Positions 30,725 to 40,942 are shown, counted from the first letter of the stretch. The stretch: 64,000 nucleotides of DNA from Methylophilaceae bacterium (GCA_028823485.1 JAPKBG010000003.1:52898-116897), one strand, 5' to 3'. Notes: a model not told the origin generated them from the letters alone. Made by a program: numbers and translations.

Positions 30725-31099
30725 CATTTCTCATCCAAAGATATTGATACGGGCAATTAATCTAAGAAGACTGAATAAAGGTGTCGTGTTTCATTCTGAT
30801 CGTGGCTCCTAATACACCAGTCGGCGCTTTCGTAAGCTGCTGGACAAGAAGGGGTTGCGATCCTCAATGGGAGCTGTTGGCACGTGTTGGGATGCTGCCG
30901 TCATTGAACGGTTCTTCGGTAGCCTGATACGCGATTGGATATTGAAGGCACCCCCAACGAGAAAGCATATGAAAAATGACGTGGCCGCGTATATGCGCTA
31001 CTACAATGTCGATAGATTGCATTCAGCCAATGACGACCTATCGAAGATGAGGTTTGAGTAGCCCTAATTGAAAGTGTCCACTACGACTTGACCAGAACA
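30725..31099 (+). mobile_element. IS3-family remnant (3' integrase core plus right end)
   Basis: FHSDRGS*YTS, SMG..G.CWD.AV.ERFFGSL, YYN..RLHSAN; end aaagtgtccactacgacttgaccagaaca (terminal CA). Confidence 0.88.
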
Positions 31100-31168
31100 A
31101 GTTTGTAAGTAATGCTTTGTCGCTACGACTGATTAAGCATACAATTAAATCATAGGCTGAGGAGGTTC

Positions 31169-32689
31169 TTGGTGGGACATTTATCATCATTCGTATTTAA
31201 TACTATAGAGATACTGGTCTATCTGTTTATTTTTGTCGCAGGGCTGGCATTTGTCACCCTTGTCACTTTTTACATTATTGACCGCTTCCAAACCAAAAGC
31301 ACACTCAGACGTAACTATCCCGTCATCGCCAGATTTCGCTACTTGTTTGAACACATGGGTGAGTTTTTTAGGCAATACTTTTTTGCGCAAGATCGTGAAG
31401 AAATGCCGTTTAATCGCGCCGAGCGTTCATGGGTTTATCGCGCTGCGAAAAATGTGGATAGCACAGTCGCCTTTGGTTCGTCTCGCGTCTTAACCGACCC
31501 AGGCACTGTCTTCTTTGTGAACTGCCCGTTCCCTACTTTAGCAGAGGATAATGTAGCGCCAGAACCCGTGACCATTGGCCCTTATTGCAAGTACCCATAC
31601 ACCACAGCATCCTTATTTAACATCTCAGGCATGAGCTATGGCGCTCTGTCTATCCCAGCTGTACGTGCGCTATCCAAAGGGGCAAAAATGGCTGGCATTT
31701 GGATGAATACTGGTGAAGGTGGTTTGTCGCCTTATCACTTAGATGGCGGTGCAGATATCGTTTTCCAAATTGGTACCGCAAAATTTGGTGTGCGAAAAAA
31801 AGAAGGTGGCTTTGATGAAGAAAAACTCAAAGCAGTCGCACAACACCCAGAAGTAAAAATGTTTGAAATTAAACTCAGTCAAGGTGCTAAGCCTGGTAAA
31901 GGCGGTATTTTACCTGGTGCGAAGGTGTGCAAAGAAATTGCTGAAATTCGCGGCTTAACCGTTGGGCAAGATGCCATCAGCCCTAATCGCCACCCAGAAA
32001 TTAATCATGTTGATGATCTGCTAGACATGATTAATTACATTCGGACAACAACGGGTAAGCCTGTCGGCTTTAAAGCGGTTGTCGGGGCAACCAGTTTTTT
32101 CGATAATTTGTTTGCAGCGGTTAATGAACGTGGCCGAGAAAGTGCACCAGATTTCATGACGATTGATAGTGCGGATGGTGGCTCTGGCGCCGCACCAATG
32201 AGCTTAATCGACAACATGGGTCTCCCACTAAAAGAAAGCTTACCTTTGGTTGTCGACAAGCTCATTGAGTATGACTTACGTGACCGCATTAAAGTCTGTG
32301 CCAGCGGCAAGCTCATTACCCCAGCAGAGGCGACTTGGGCATTCTGTGCAGGGGCAGATTTCGTTAACTCAGCCCGTGGCTTTATGTTTGCATTAGGTTG
32401 TATTCAAGCCTTGCAATGCAATAAAAACACCTGTCCTACAGGTATTACCACCCACAATAAAAAACTGCAATATGGTTTAAACCCTGAAGATAAAGCCGTA
32501 CGCGTTATGCAATATGCACAAAACATGCAAAAAGAAATTTGCGTGCTCGCACAGGCTTGCGGCGTATCTACACCGCGCCAGCTTAAACGTAAACATGCAC
32601 GAATTGTGCAGGCCAACGGAAAGTCTGTCAGTATGATGGAGCTGAATCCGGAACCAATCTCTAATAGCATGAAGCGGAAAAAAAATTAG
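31169..32689 (+). CDS. Stand-alone FMN-binding glutamate synthase family protein with N-terminal TM anchor
   Basis: SGMSYGALS, NTGEGG, EIKLSQGAKPGKGG.LP, CIQALQCNKNTCPTGITT; no glutaminase domain. Confidence 0.9.
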   Translation: MVGHLSSFVFNTIEILVYLFIFVAGLAFVTLVTFYIIDRFQTKSTLRRNYPVIARFRYLFEHMGEFFRQYFFAQDREEMPFNRAERSWVYRAAKNVDSTVAFGSSRVLTDPGTVFFVNCPFPTLAEDNVAPEPVTIGPYCKYPYTTASLFNISGMSYGALSIPAVRALSKGAKMAGIWMNTGEGGLSPYHLDGGADIVFQIGTAKFGVRKKEGGFDEEKLKAVAQHPEVKMFEIKLSQGAKPGKGGILPGAKVCKEIAEIRGLTVGQDAISPNRHPEINHVDDLLDMINYIRTTTGKPVGFKAVVGATSFFDNLFAAVNERGRESAPDFMTIDSADGGSGAAPMSLIDNMGLPLKESLPLVVDKLIEYDLRDRIKVCASGKLITPAEATWAFCAGADFVNSARGFMFALGCIQALQCNKNTCPTGITTHNKKLQYGLNPEDKAVRVMQYAQNMQKEICVLAQACGVSTPRQLKRKHARIVQANGKSVSMMELNPEPISNSMKRKKN

Positions 32690-32748
32690 AGGATATTATT
32701 AACCTACAAAGTCGTACGAATGTTTAAATAAGCGAGAAAGAACTCATC

Positions 32749-34425
32749 ATGACTCAACCAACATCAGCATCCCAAATGAATGCCTCTGATTTATTTATTA
32801 AAGCCTTAGAAAATGAAGGTGTCGAAAGAATTTACGGCGTTCCCGGCGAAGAGAATATAGATTTTCTAGAGGCCATGCGTAAATCGAGTATTGAATTGAT
32901 TTTGACACGCCATGAACAGGGGGCCGCATTTATGGCTGCGACTTATGGCCGACTGACAGGCAAACCAGGTGTTTGTATGGCGACCTTAGGTCCCGGTGCA
33001 ACCAACTTAGTCACAGGTGGTGCTTATGCCCAGTTGGGTGGTTTTCCGCTCGTGATGATTACTGGGCAAAAACCAATTAAGCACAGCAAACAAGGTCAGT
33101 TTCAAATTATTGATATTGTCAGCATGATGAAACCGATTACCAAGTATGCCAAACAAATTGTGAATGTTGATATGATTCCCTCTATGGTACGCGAAGCCTT
33201 TCGCCTTGCGGTTGAAGAGCGCCCAGGTGCGGTATTTTTAGAGCTGCCAGAAGACGTTGCAGCTGAAGCTGTCAATGATAAGACCACCCCAATATTTACG
33301 GCAAGTAAACGTCGTTATGCCCATGCGGATCGCGATATTCTAGAGATTGCCACCCAAATGATCAAGAAGGCCAAGCACCCTTTACTCATGGTGGGCGCAG
33401 GTGCCAATCGTGCACGTATTTGGCAAGCATTATCAGACTTTGTCACACGTACAGGCATCCCCTATGTGAACACCCAAATGGGTAAAGGCGTAATTTATGG
33501 CCATGCAGATACTTTCCTTGGTACCGCAGCTTTATCTGATGGTGACTACGTGCATTGTGCGATTGATCATGCTGATTTAATCATTAATGTCGGACATGAT
33601 GTCGTAGAAAAACCACCGTTCTTTATGGTGCATGGTGGCGCACAAGTTATTCATGTGAACTTTAAATCTGCGCAAGTCGACAATGTCTATTTTCCACAAT
33701 TAGAAGTGGTCGGCGACATTGCCACCTCTATCCAGCGCATTGCTAATCGCGTAGAAAAAACGGAAAGCCATGACTTCTCTTACTTCATCAAAGTACGCGA
33801 ACATGTGCAAGCGCATATTCAAGAAGGCAAAGACGATACTAGCTTTCCGATGAAGCCACAACGGTTTGTTGCTGATGTGCGAAAGGCTATGCCAGACGAT
33901 GGCATTATCGCGCTGGATAATGGCGTTTATAAAGTATGGTTTGCACGCAACTACCATACCTGCAGACCCAACACCGTGCTACTTGATAATGCACTGGCCA
34001 CCATGGGGGCGGGATTACCATCAGCGATGGAGGCGGCTCGCTTAAATCCTGATCGTAAAGTTATGGCGATTTGTGGCGATGGTGGTTTTATGATGAATAG
34101 TCAGGAAATGGAAACAGCCGTCCGCTTGAAATTAAATTTAGTCGTCCTCATTCTAAATGACAACTCATTTGGCATGATTCGCTGGAAACAATACGCCGCA
34201 GGCTATGAAGATTTTGGGCTAGAATTTAATAATCCTGATTTTGTGATGTATGCCAATAGTTATGGTGCAACCGGTCATCGGGTTGAAAGTGTTGACAGTT
34301 TTATTCCGCTGATTGATCGCTGTTATGAGGAGGGGGGTGTCCACCTCATCGAGTTGCCTGTCGATTATTCAGAAAACAATAAAGTATTAATTGATGAGCT
34401 AAAAGAAAAAGTTTGCATCATATGA
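32749..34425 (+). CDS. ThDP-dependent enzyme, acetolactate-synthase-like (resembles cyanobacterial 2-oxoglutarate decarboxylase)
   Basis: ENEGV..I.G.PGEEN, RHEQGAAFMA, TLGPGATN, GDGGFMMN...ND..FGMI.WKQ, PVDYSEN. Confidence 0.85.
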   Translation: MTQPTSASQMNASDLFIKALENEGVERIYGVPGEENIDFLEAMRKSSIELILTRHEQGAAFMAATYGRLTGKPGVCMATLGPGATNLVTGGAYAQLGGFPLVMITGQKPIKHSKQGQFQIIDIVSMMKPITKYAKQIVNVDMIPSMVREAFRLAVEERPGAVFLELPEDVAAEAVNDKTTPIFTASKRRYAHADRDILEIATQMIKKAKHPLLMVGAGANRARIWQALSDFVTRTGIPYVNTQMGKGVIYGHADTFLGTAALSDGDYVHCAIDHADLIINVGHDVVEKPPFFMVHGGAQVIHVNFKSAQVDNVYFPQLEVVGDIATSIQRIANRVEKTESHDFSYFIKVREHVQAHIQEGKDDTSFPMKPQRFVADVRKAMPDDGIIALDNGVYKVWFARNYHTCRPNTVLLDNALATMGAGLPSAMEAARLNPDRKVMAICGDGGFMMNSQEMETAVRLKLNLVVLILNDNSFGMIRWKQYAAGYEDFGLEFNNPDFVMYANSYGATGHRVESVDSFIPLIDRCYEEGGVHLIELPVDYSENNKVLIDELKEKVCII

Positions 34426-35831
34426 CCAATACAAAGCAACGCGAACAATTAGCCGTTACCTCCCCTTTTAATGGTGACGTCATCAACACCATCCCAATGC
34501 AGAACCTGGATGATGCCAATGCCATGCTTGCATCAGCAAACGCATTATTTAGAAATAAAACAGCTTGGTTAGCCCACCATGAACGCGCGGCTATCTTGAA
34601 AAAGTTAGCTGGCTTAGTCGAAGATGAAGGTGAACAGTTCGCGCTACTCATTGCGCAAGAAGGCGGCAAGCCGATTATGGATGCACGTGTTGAAGTGGCA
34701 CGTGCGATAGGCGGTATTTTATTAGCCGTTAAAGAATTGAGTCATGTCATGCGGGGTGAAGAAGTGCCCATGGGGCATACTGCAGCTTCTATTGGCAGAA
34801 CTGCACACACAAGCTATGAACCGATTGGCGTGGTCGTCGCCATCAGCGCGTTTAATCATCCATTGAACCTCATTGTGCATCAAGTCGTACCCGCGATTGC
34901 AGTCGGCTGCCCTGTGATTGTAAAACCGTCACACATCACGCCGCTGAACTGCAAACGCTTTATTGAGCTAGTTCACGCAGCGGGTCTTCCAGAAGCATGG
35001 TGCCAAATATGTGTCTGTGATAACGAAGTGGCTGAAGTGTTAGTCACCAGTCCTGATATTGGCTTCTTTAGTTTTATTGGTTCAGCTAAAGTCGGTTGGT
35101 GGCTAAAAAGCAAACTCGCACCTGGTGTGCGTTGCGCATTAGAACATGGCGGTGTTGCACCAGTCATTATCGACCAAACAGCTAATTTAACGAAAACCAT
35201 CCCTTCGCTACTCAAAGGTGGCTTTTATCATGCAGGGCAAGTCTGTGTTTCCGTACAGCGGATTTTTGTTCATGCCTCACTCATCGAGTCAGTGGCAAAA
35301 CAACTCGCAGACGGTGCAGAAAAACTCATTGTCGGCGACCCAACAAACGACCATACCGAGGTTGGCCCACTCATTCTAACTAAAGAAGTTGACCGCGTTG
35401 AAGCCTGGGTCAATGAAGCCGTCAACACAGGTGCTAGTTTACTCATGGGCGGTCAAAGACTAAGCGATACGACCTATGCTCCTACCGTGTTATTGAATCC
35501 TCCAGCGAAGGCAAAAGTATCGTCCATGGAAGTGTTTGGCCCTGTTATTTGTCTTTACGCATATACCGACATATCGGATGCCATTGCAGCAGCGAATAGT
35601 TTAGACTTTTCCTTCCAAGCAGCGGTTTATACCAGTGATTTACGGATAGCAAACTACTGTATCAAACAGCTAGATGCAACCGCTGTGATGGTGAATGACC
35701 ACACGGCATTTCGTGTAGATTGGATGCCATTCGCAGGCCGTAAACATTCAGGTTATGGCATTGGCGGCATTGGTTACACCATGCATGACATGGTGCAATT
35801 AAAGATGGCCATTGTGAATGATTTAGGCTAA
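34422..35831 (+). CDS. Aldehyde dehydrogenase (ALDH21-like/RL0313-type)
   Basis: ISAFNHPLNL, FIGSAKVG, LEHGG.AP, AGQVCVSVQR, EVFGP, FRVDWMPF.G; ATGA overlap with upstream gene. Confidence 0.88.
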   Translation: MTNTKQREQLAVTSPFNGDVINTIPMQNLDDANAMLASANALFRNKTAWLAHHERAAILKKLAGLVEDEGEQFALLIAQEGGKPIMDARVEVARAIGGILLAVKELSHVMRGEEVPMGHTAASIGRTAHTSYEPIGVVVAISAFNHPLNLIVHQVVPAIAVGCPVIVKPSHITPLNCKRFIELVHAAGLPEAWCQICVCDNEVAEVLVTSPDIGFFSFIGSAKVGWWLKSKLAPGVRCALEHGGVAPVIIDQTANLTKTIPSLLKGGFYHAGQVCVSVQRIFVHASLIESVAKQLADGAEKLIVGDPTNDHTEVGPLILTKEVDRVEAWVNEAVNTGASLLMGGQRLSDTTYAPTVLLNPPAKAKVSSMEVFGPVICLYAYTDISDAIAAANSLDFSFQAAVYTSDLRIANYCIKQLDATAVMVNDHTAFRVDWMPFAGRKHSGYGIGGIGYTMHDMVQLKMAIVNDLG

Positions 35832-36265
35832 GCGCCTAAAGCTAGGTTGCTGGATATAATCACCTCATTCGAAGTGAGTAATATCTCACGTAAGAAACAT
35901 AATAGCGCCACAATAATCGCACCCATTGAAGAGATAAAGCTCCAGAACACCATATACGGCATACTAAAGCCTGACTCAACCAAAACAAATAAACTCGCAA
36001 TCGACACACAAACCAGCAGCGCCCCTAATGTGGCAAAGCCAATCGTGACACGCAACCAAGTAATGCGTTTCACGGTTAATTCGAACTTGTGCTCCTGGCG
36101 TTTTTCTGGAGCTAAGGCATTAACGATTCTTGCACGGACAATAGCACGACCTAAACGCCCCACCATTACATTTAAAATTGAGCCAATCCTCGTGAGTAAA
36201 AAAACAGGCGCAACAGCATTGAGAATGGCTTCTGAAACGAGGCGAATGTCAGTAATGGGTGTCAT
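35828..36265 (-). CDS. DUF2721-like membrane protein
   Basis: AVAPVFLL..IG..LNV...RL.R...RAR, L.FLREI. Confidence 0.72.
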   Translation of the reverse strand: MTPITDIRLVSEAILNAVAPVFLLTRIGSILNVMVGRLGRAIVRARIVNALAPEKRQEHKFELTVKRITWLRVTIGFATLGALLVCVSIASLFVLVESGFSMPYMVFWSFISSMGAIIVALLCFLREILLTSNEVIISSNLALGA

Positions 36266-36459
36266 GGTCGTATGTAAAAAATCTAGAGACTAAAAATAGC
36301 GCACGAATACATTAATTCAAAAAATAAGAAATACTTACCCAGCCACCTAATACGAACCTTATAAAACACTACAGAATACGGTACTATTTTCTTACAAGAC
36401 AAATGTTCTGTATTAATATAGACAGCTGGCATGATTAATTAATAAAACAGAATGTTTTT

Positions 36460-37356
36460 ATGGCTAAATTGAATTTTAATCACTTGTATTATTTTTGGAT
36501 GATTGCCAAAGAAGGCAATTTGAGTCGTGCTGCCAAAAAGCTTTTTATTTCACAATCAGCATTATCTACGCAGCTTAAAAAGCTAGAAGATCAAGTCAAA
36601 AAGCCGTTATTCCACCGTGAAGGACGAGTGCTTAAACTGACCGAAGCAGGGCAGCTCACGTTAACGTATGCAGATAAAATGTTTACCTTGGGTCATGAAC
36701 TTAATAGCTTGCTAAAAGGCAACCTACCGGCAAGCCGCACCAGCTTAAAGATAGGGGTTAATGCCTCTTTATCTAGAAATTTTGTTGAGAATTTCATTCG
36801 GCCCATACTCACCAAAGAAGATATTGAGCTAGTAATCGACTCTGGTAATCAAGAAGAATTGCTCAATCGATTAAATACCCATCAAATTGACTTAGTCCTG
36901 AGTAACTTCAGGCCAAACCCTAATATTCAATTCGCCATCAAATCCAAATTAATTGCGAAACAACAAATGAGTATTGTGGGTAAACCATTAAAAGAAAACC
37001 AAACATTTGACTTCACCAAAGACCTCAAGAACTATCAATTGCTGTTACCTGGGAACGGCACTGAAATTAGAGCTAGATTCGACCAAGTGTGTGATGCAGA
37101 AAACGTTGATTACAACATCATGGCTGAAATTAACGATATGCCGACGTTGAGGCTATTAGCGAGAGACTCAAACTGCCTTGCTTTACTGCCTATCGTTGTT
37201 GTACAAGATGAAATTAAAAATAGTGTCCTTGCCGAATATTGCAAGATTCCAAGCCTTTTCGAAAACTTCTACGCCATCTCTTTAAAAAGACACTATGAAC
37301 CTGAAGCGGTAAAAGCATTACTCAATCGCGAAGCAGAAGAAATATTATCTATTTAA
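36460..37356 (+). CDS. LysR-family regulator (NhaR-like subgroup)
   Basis: LNFNHLYYFW.IAKEG.L..AA..L.ISQSALS.Q.K.LE, LF.REGR.L.LTEAG. Confidence 0.92.
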   Translation: MAKLNFNHLYYFWMIAKEGNLSRAAKKLFISQSALSTQLKKLEDQVKKPLFHREGRVLKLTEAGQLTLTYADKMFTLGHELNSLLKGNLPASRTSLKIGVNASLSRNFVENFIRPILTKEDIELVIDSGNQEELLNRLNTHQIDLVLSNFRPNPNIQFAIKSKLIAKQQMSIVGKPLKENQTFDFTKDLKNYQLLLPGNGTEIRARFDQVCDAENVDYNIMAEINDMPTLRLLARDSNCLALLPIVVVQDEIKNSVLAEYCKIPSLFENFYAISLKRHYEPEAVKALLNREAEEILSI

Positions 37357-37452
37357 TATGAAGCCACATATTCAGGCTGACTATCATTGCAGAATCGAAC
37401 CTTAACGCATAAACTACTGTCAACTTTGTAATCTTTTCATCTGAGCATCTCT

Positions 37453-38667
37453 ATGTTTAAATCATTTTTTCCAGATTCACGCTGGTTTTGGCTTTCTGTG
37501 GTCGCATGGTCGGCAGTGTCTATTTTTGTTTGGTATTCATTTAATACGCAATTGGGTGCAATGCTGGGGCTGGATTTATCCAACACCGAACCAGTCATTG
37601 GCGTTGGTCACTTCTTCACCGATTCGTTTACCTTGTTCTATCTTTACTACGCCATTAGCCTCACGCTATTTGCGTTATTCTGGTTTCAGTTCACACCTAA
37701 TCGTTGGCTGGCGTGGTCTATTTTCGGCTCTGGTCTTATTCTGTTTTCCACTTACTTTTCAGTACAAGTTTCAGTCGCGATTAATAACTGGCGCAGACCC
37801 TTTTTTGACGCCGTGCAAAATGCACTGACAGCAGGGTCGACTGTCACTTCAAAACAATTGTATGGCCTCCTTATTCAGTTCGCAGAAGTTGCGTTTATTG
37901 CCATCGTCCTATTTGTACTAACGCGCTTTTTTGTCAGCCACTTTATCTTCCGCTGGCGTACAGCCATGAATGATTTCTATGTATCAAAGTGGGCAAAAGT
38001 CCGAGGCATAGAAGGCGCATCGCAACGGGTTCAAGAAGACACCATGCGCTTTGCCTCTATCATGGAAGAGCTAGGCGTTTCCATGGTGGAAGCAGTGATG
38101 ACACTATTCGCCTTTTTACCCGTGTTATGGGAGCTTTCCAAATATGTGTCCGAGCTACCCATCATTGGCCACATTGCCTCACCATTGTTTTATGCCTCAA
38201 TTGCATGGTCAATCTTCGGTACATTATTATTGGCTATCGTCGGTATCAAATTACCGGGATTAGAATTTAAAAACCAACGTGTAGAAGCCGCTTACCGAAA
38301 AGAGCTGGTTTACGGCGAGGATAATACTGATCGCGCACAACCAATCACGCTAAAAGAACTCTTTATTAATGTGCGTAAAAACTACTTTAAACTGTACTTC
38401 CACTACATGTACTTTAACGTTGCGCGATCCATGTACATTCAAGCGGATAATATCTTTGTCTATATCTTACTCGTGCCAACCATCGTCGCAGGTAAAATAA
38501 CTTTCGGCATCTTGCAACAAATCCTGACCGCTTTCTCACAAGTCAGCGAATCATTCCAATACCTCGTGAAATCATGGTACAAAATTGTAGAGATGCTTTC
38601 AGTGTATAAACGCCTCAACGCGTTCGAAGCAGTTATTCATGATGAAGCATTACCCGAGATTAATTAG
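37453..38667 (+). CDS. sbmA: SbmA/BacA peptide transporter
   Basis: MFKSFFP, WRTAMN..Y, IEGASQRVQEDTMRF, LEF.NQRVEAAYRKELVYGED. Confidence 0.94.
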   Translation: MFKSFFPDSRWFWLSVVAWSAVSIFVWYSFNTQLGAMLGLDLSNTEPVIGVGHFFTDSFTLFYLYYAISLTLFALFWFQFTPNRWLAWSIFGSGLILFSTYFSVQVSVAINNWRRPFFDAVQNALTAGSTVTSKQLYGLLIQFAEVAFIAIVLFVLTRFFVSHFIFRWRTAMNDFYVSKWAKVRGIEGASQRVQEDTMRFASIMEELGVSMVEAVMTLFAFLPVLWELSKYVSELPIIGHIASPLFYASIAWSIFGTLLLAIVGIKLPGLEFKNQRVEAAYRKELVYGEDNTDRAQPITLKELFINVRKNYFKLYFHYMYFNVARSMYIQADNIFVYILLVPTIVAGKITFGILQQILTAFSQVSESFQYLVKSWYKIVEMLSVYKRLNAFEAVIHDEALPEIN

Positions 38668-38698
38668 CTGCCTAGTTGATTACCGTTAGGTAGCAACC

Positions 38699-38734
38699 AA
38701 TAAAAAAGACGCGATAAAACGCGTCTTTTTTATT
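38699..38734. terminator. Bidirectional terminator
   Basis: aataaaaaagacgcg-ataaaa-cgcgtcttttttatt. Confidence 0.88.
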
Positions 38735-38760
38735 ACATACTCATTTACTTAGCATTAAGA

Positions 38761-39003
38761 TCAGCAACCTGGTTTACATTTTCCCTGCTTATTTTTACCC
38801 GACTTAGATTGACTGGCCCCGTTCCACACCCGAATAAACTCAGCTTTGGTAATGGCTTTTACATTCAGCTCTTTTTGCAACGCACCATCAGCAGTATTCG
38901 CTTGCATACGATTATAGTTCGCCAAATATTTAGCATAAGCCTTATCTGGACCTCGCCCCTCAGTGAACTTAGTCCATAACTATTTTTTCGCTCTAAAAAA
39001 CAT
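38761..39003 (-). pseudogene. 80-codon ORF with TAG at codon 8
   Basis: SD ggag-ttgat-ATG; MFFRAKK*LWTKFTEGRGPDKAY...CKPGC*; followed by terminator. Confidence 0.4.
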
Positions 39004-39121
39004 ATCAACTCCACCAGTTTTACTGTTACTTCATTATAATCAAAATGCAACAAAGGTTAAGAACCGCTTGATTCAGTTTGGCTCTCAACTTAACGATGTA
39101 TCGACTCATATTAGGAAAAAC

Positions 39122-39940
39122 ATGCCGAACCACAAACGAGCAATCCATACTTTTTTATTGTTGTTGTTTATCACAATGCTCTCAGCATGCGTTAGTCAAA
39201 ACAGCCTGCTAGCAAACAACATTAAAGGCGAACAGCGTAGTGAGCAAAATCGTGTACGGGATTCCGCACGGCATCCATTACAAACACTTGCCTTTTTTGA
39301 GGTGAAGCCTAATGCCACCGTATTAGAAATATGGCCAGCCAAAGGTTGGTATACCGAAATACTTGCACCTACCATCAAGCAGGGCGGCGGGCAATATATC
39401 TCAGCTGGTGTGCCATTACATACAGGGCCAAAGTGGCGTCAAAATAGACGGCAGGAATACCACGACTATCTTGCCAGCAAGCCTGAATATTATGATGCCG
39501 TTCGCTTTGTTGAATTTGGCCCACCGTCTTTCTGGTCACTCGGTGAAGACAATAGTGTCGACACAGTATTAACTTTCAGAAATGTGCACAACTGGGTAAA
39601 AGGTGGCTATCAGGAAAAGATATTCCAAGCCATGTTTTCCGTCCTGAAATCAGGTGGCATACTTGGTGTGATTGATCACAGAGCAAAGCCCAATACCGAC
39701 ATTGAGACCATGAAAAAAACAGGCTATATGACAGAGCAATACGTCATTGCATTAGCGCAACAAGCAGGCTTTGTATTTGATAGTGCATCGGAAATCAATG
39801 CCAACCCAAAAGATACAAAAGACTACGAAAAAGGCGTTTGGACATTGCCGCCAAGATTACGCTTAGGTTATACTGATCTAGAAAAGTATACCGCTATTGG
39901 TGAAAGCGATCGGATGACGCTTAAGTTTAAAAAGCCATAG
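39122..39940 (+). CDS. Exported SAM-dependent methyltransferase-like lipoprotein
   Basis: LSA-C lipobox, RD..RHP..TL.FF, VLEIWP..GWYTE, TFRNVHNW, SEINANPKD, GVWTLPP, IGESDRMTL.F.KP. Confidence 0.85.
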   Translation: MPNHKRAIHTFLLLLFITMLSACVSQNSLLANNIKGEQRSEQNRVRDSARHPLQTLAFFEVKPNATVLEIWPAKGWYTEILAPTIKQGGGQYISAGVPLHTGPKWRQNRRQEYHDYLASKPEYYDAVRFVEFGPPSFWSLGEDNSVDTVLTFRNVHNWVKGGYQEKIFQAMFSVLKSGGILGVIDHRAKPNTDIETMKKTGYMTEQYVIALAQQAGFVFDSASEINANPKDTKDYEKGVWTLPPRLRLGYTDLEKYTAIGESDRMTLKFKKP

Positions 39941-39950
39941 CGCAGAACAG

Positions 39951-40184
39951 TTAATCGTCTCTCAACATTTTCAGATAAAGCCCCTCAACCCGCTCACGTG
40001 CCCAAGGGGTTTTACGTAAAAAGGTTAAGCTGGATTTAATGCTCGGATCATGGCTAAAGCAATTGATGGGAACCGCTTTTTCTAAACCCACCCACCCATA
40101 ATGGGCTACTAGCTCAGTCACGATGGTCTTGAGTGTAATGCCATGTAATGGATTGTTATGTTGCGGATGTAATGAGTTGGTCAT
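39951..40184 (-). CDS. VF530/DUF2132-like small DNA-binding protein
   Basis: [10 protein letters not shown]...[30 protein letters not shown]. Confidence 0.88.
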   Translation of the reverse strand: MTNSLHPQHNNPLHGITLKTIVTELVAHYGWVGLEKAVPINCFSHDPSIKSSLTFLRKTPWARERVEGLYLKMLRDD

Positions 40185-40256
40185 GATTGAATCATAACTT
40201 AAATACCGCTAAGCAGCTGTGAGATTGGGCCACTCATTAACTGTTTTTTAATCGCC

Positions 40257-40942
40257 TGCGTTATTTTCCCATTATGTTTTAAGGAGGTTTTACATGAAGA
40301 TATTAAGATTTACTAACAATCAGATTATGCAGATTTTAAAGCAAGCAGAAGCTGGCGATGCCAAAACAAATGAATGAAGTGTGGTCAATGGACTTTATGC
40401 ATGACCAGTTATCAGATGGTCGTTCGGTTAGGTTGTTTAATGTGATTGATGATTTTAACCGTGAGGGTTTATGTATTGATGAGGATTTCTCGTTGCCGTC
40501 TGAGCGTATGATCCGGTCTTTGGATTAAATCATTAAATGGCGCGGCGCACCAACGGCTATTTGCTGTGACAACGGCTGTGAGTACATCAGTGCAACGACA
40601 GTGGAGTGGGCTAAGAAGCGCGGCATCCGCATTGATTTTATTCAGCTAGGCAATCCACAACAGTATGCTTATGTGCAAAGGTATAACAGAACGGTGTGAT
40701 ATGAATGGCTAGCGCATCACTTGTTTGAAAGCGTTGATGAGGCCGTAAAGGTCTTCCCAGTAGAATATACCAGCTGAAGCTGGTTATTCGTGCTTAAAAG
40801 TACAGCAATTTGCCACAGATTGGCTATGGACATACAATCACGAACCCCCAACATGGCATTGGGTGGCATGATCCCAAAAAAAAGTTAGCTTTGGCCGCTT
40901 AGTTTCTACTTTAAGCTGCAGTTAATAATGAGGGAATTACAC
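40257..40942 (+). mobile_element. Internally deleted IS3-family remnant
   Basis: orfA start [21 protein letters not shown] joined to orf[25 protein letters not shown]...WTYNHE with stops; imperfect ends tgcgttattttcccattat / ataatgagggaattacaca. Confidence 0.87.

Noticed and set aside
30698..37378. Inverted 11-mer gaagccacata at about 30709 and 37360 as element ends
   Set aside because: Too short and does not extend; plausible by chance
38963..39121. Long N-terminus of the methyltransferase ORF
   Set aside because: Signal peptide and SD point to ATG 39122
40226..40236. tgggccactca as another tRNA-Phe att remnant
   Set aside because: Only about 7 nt match and no CCA
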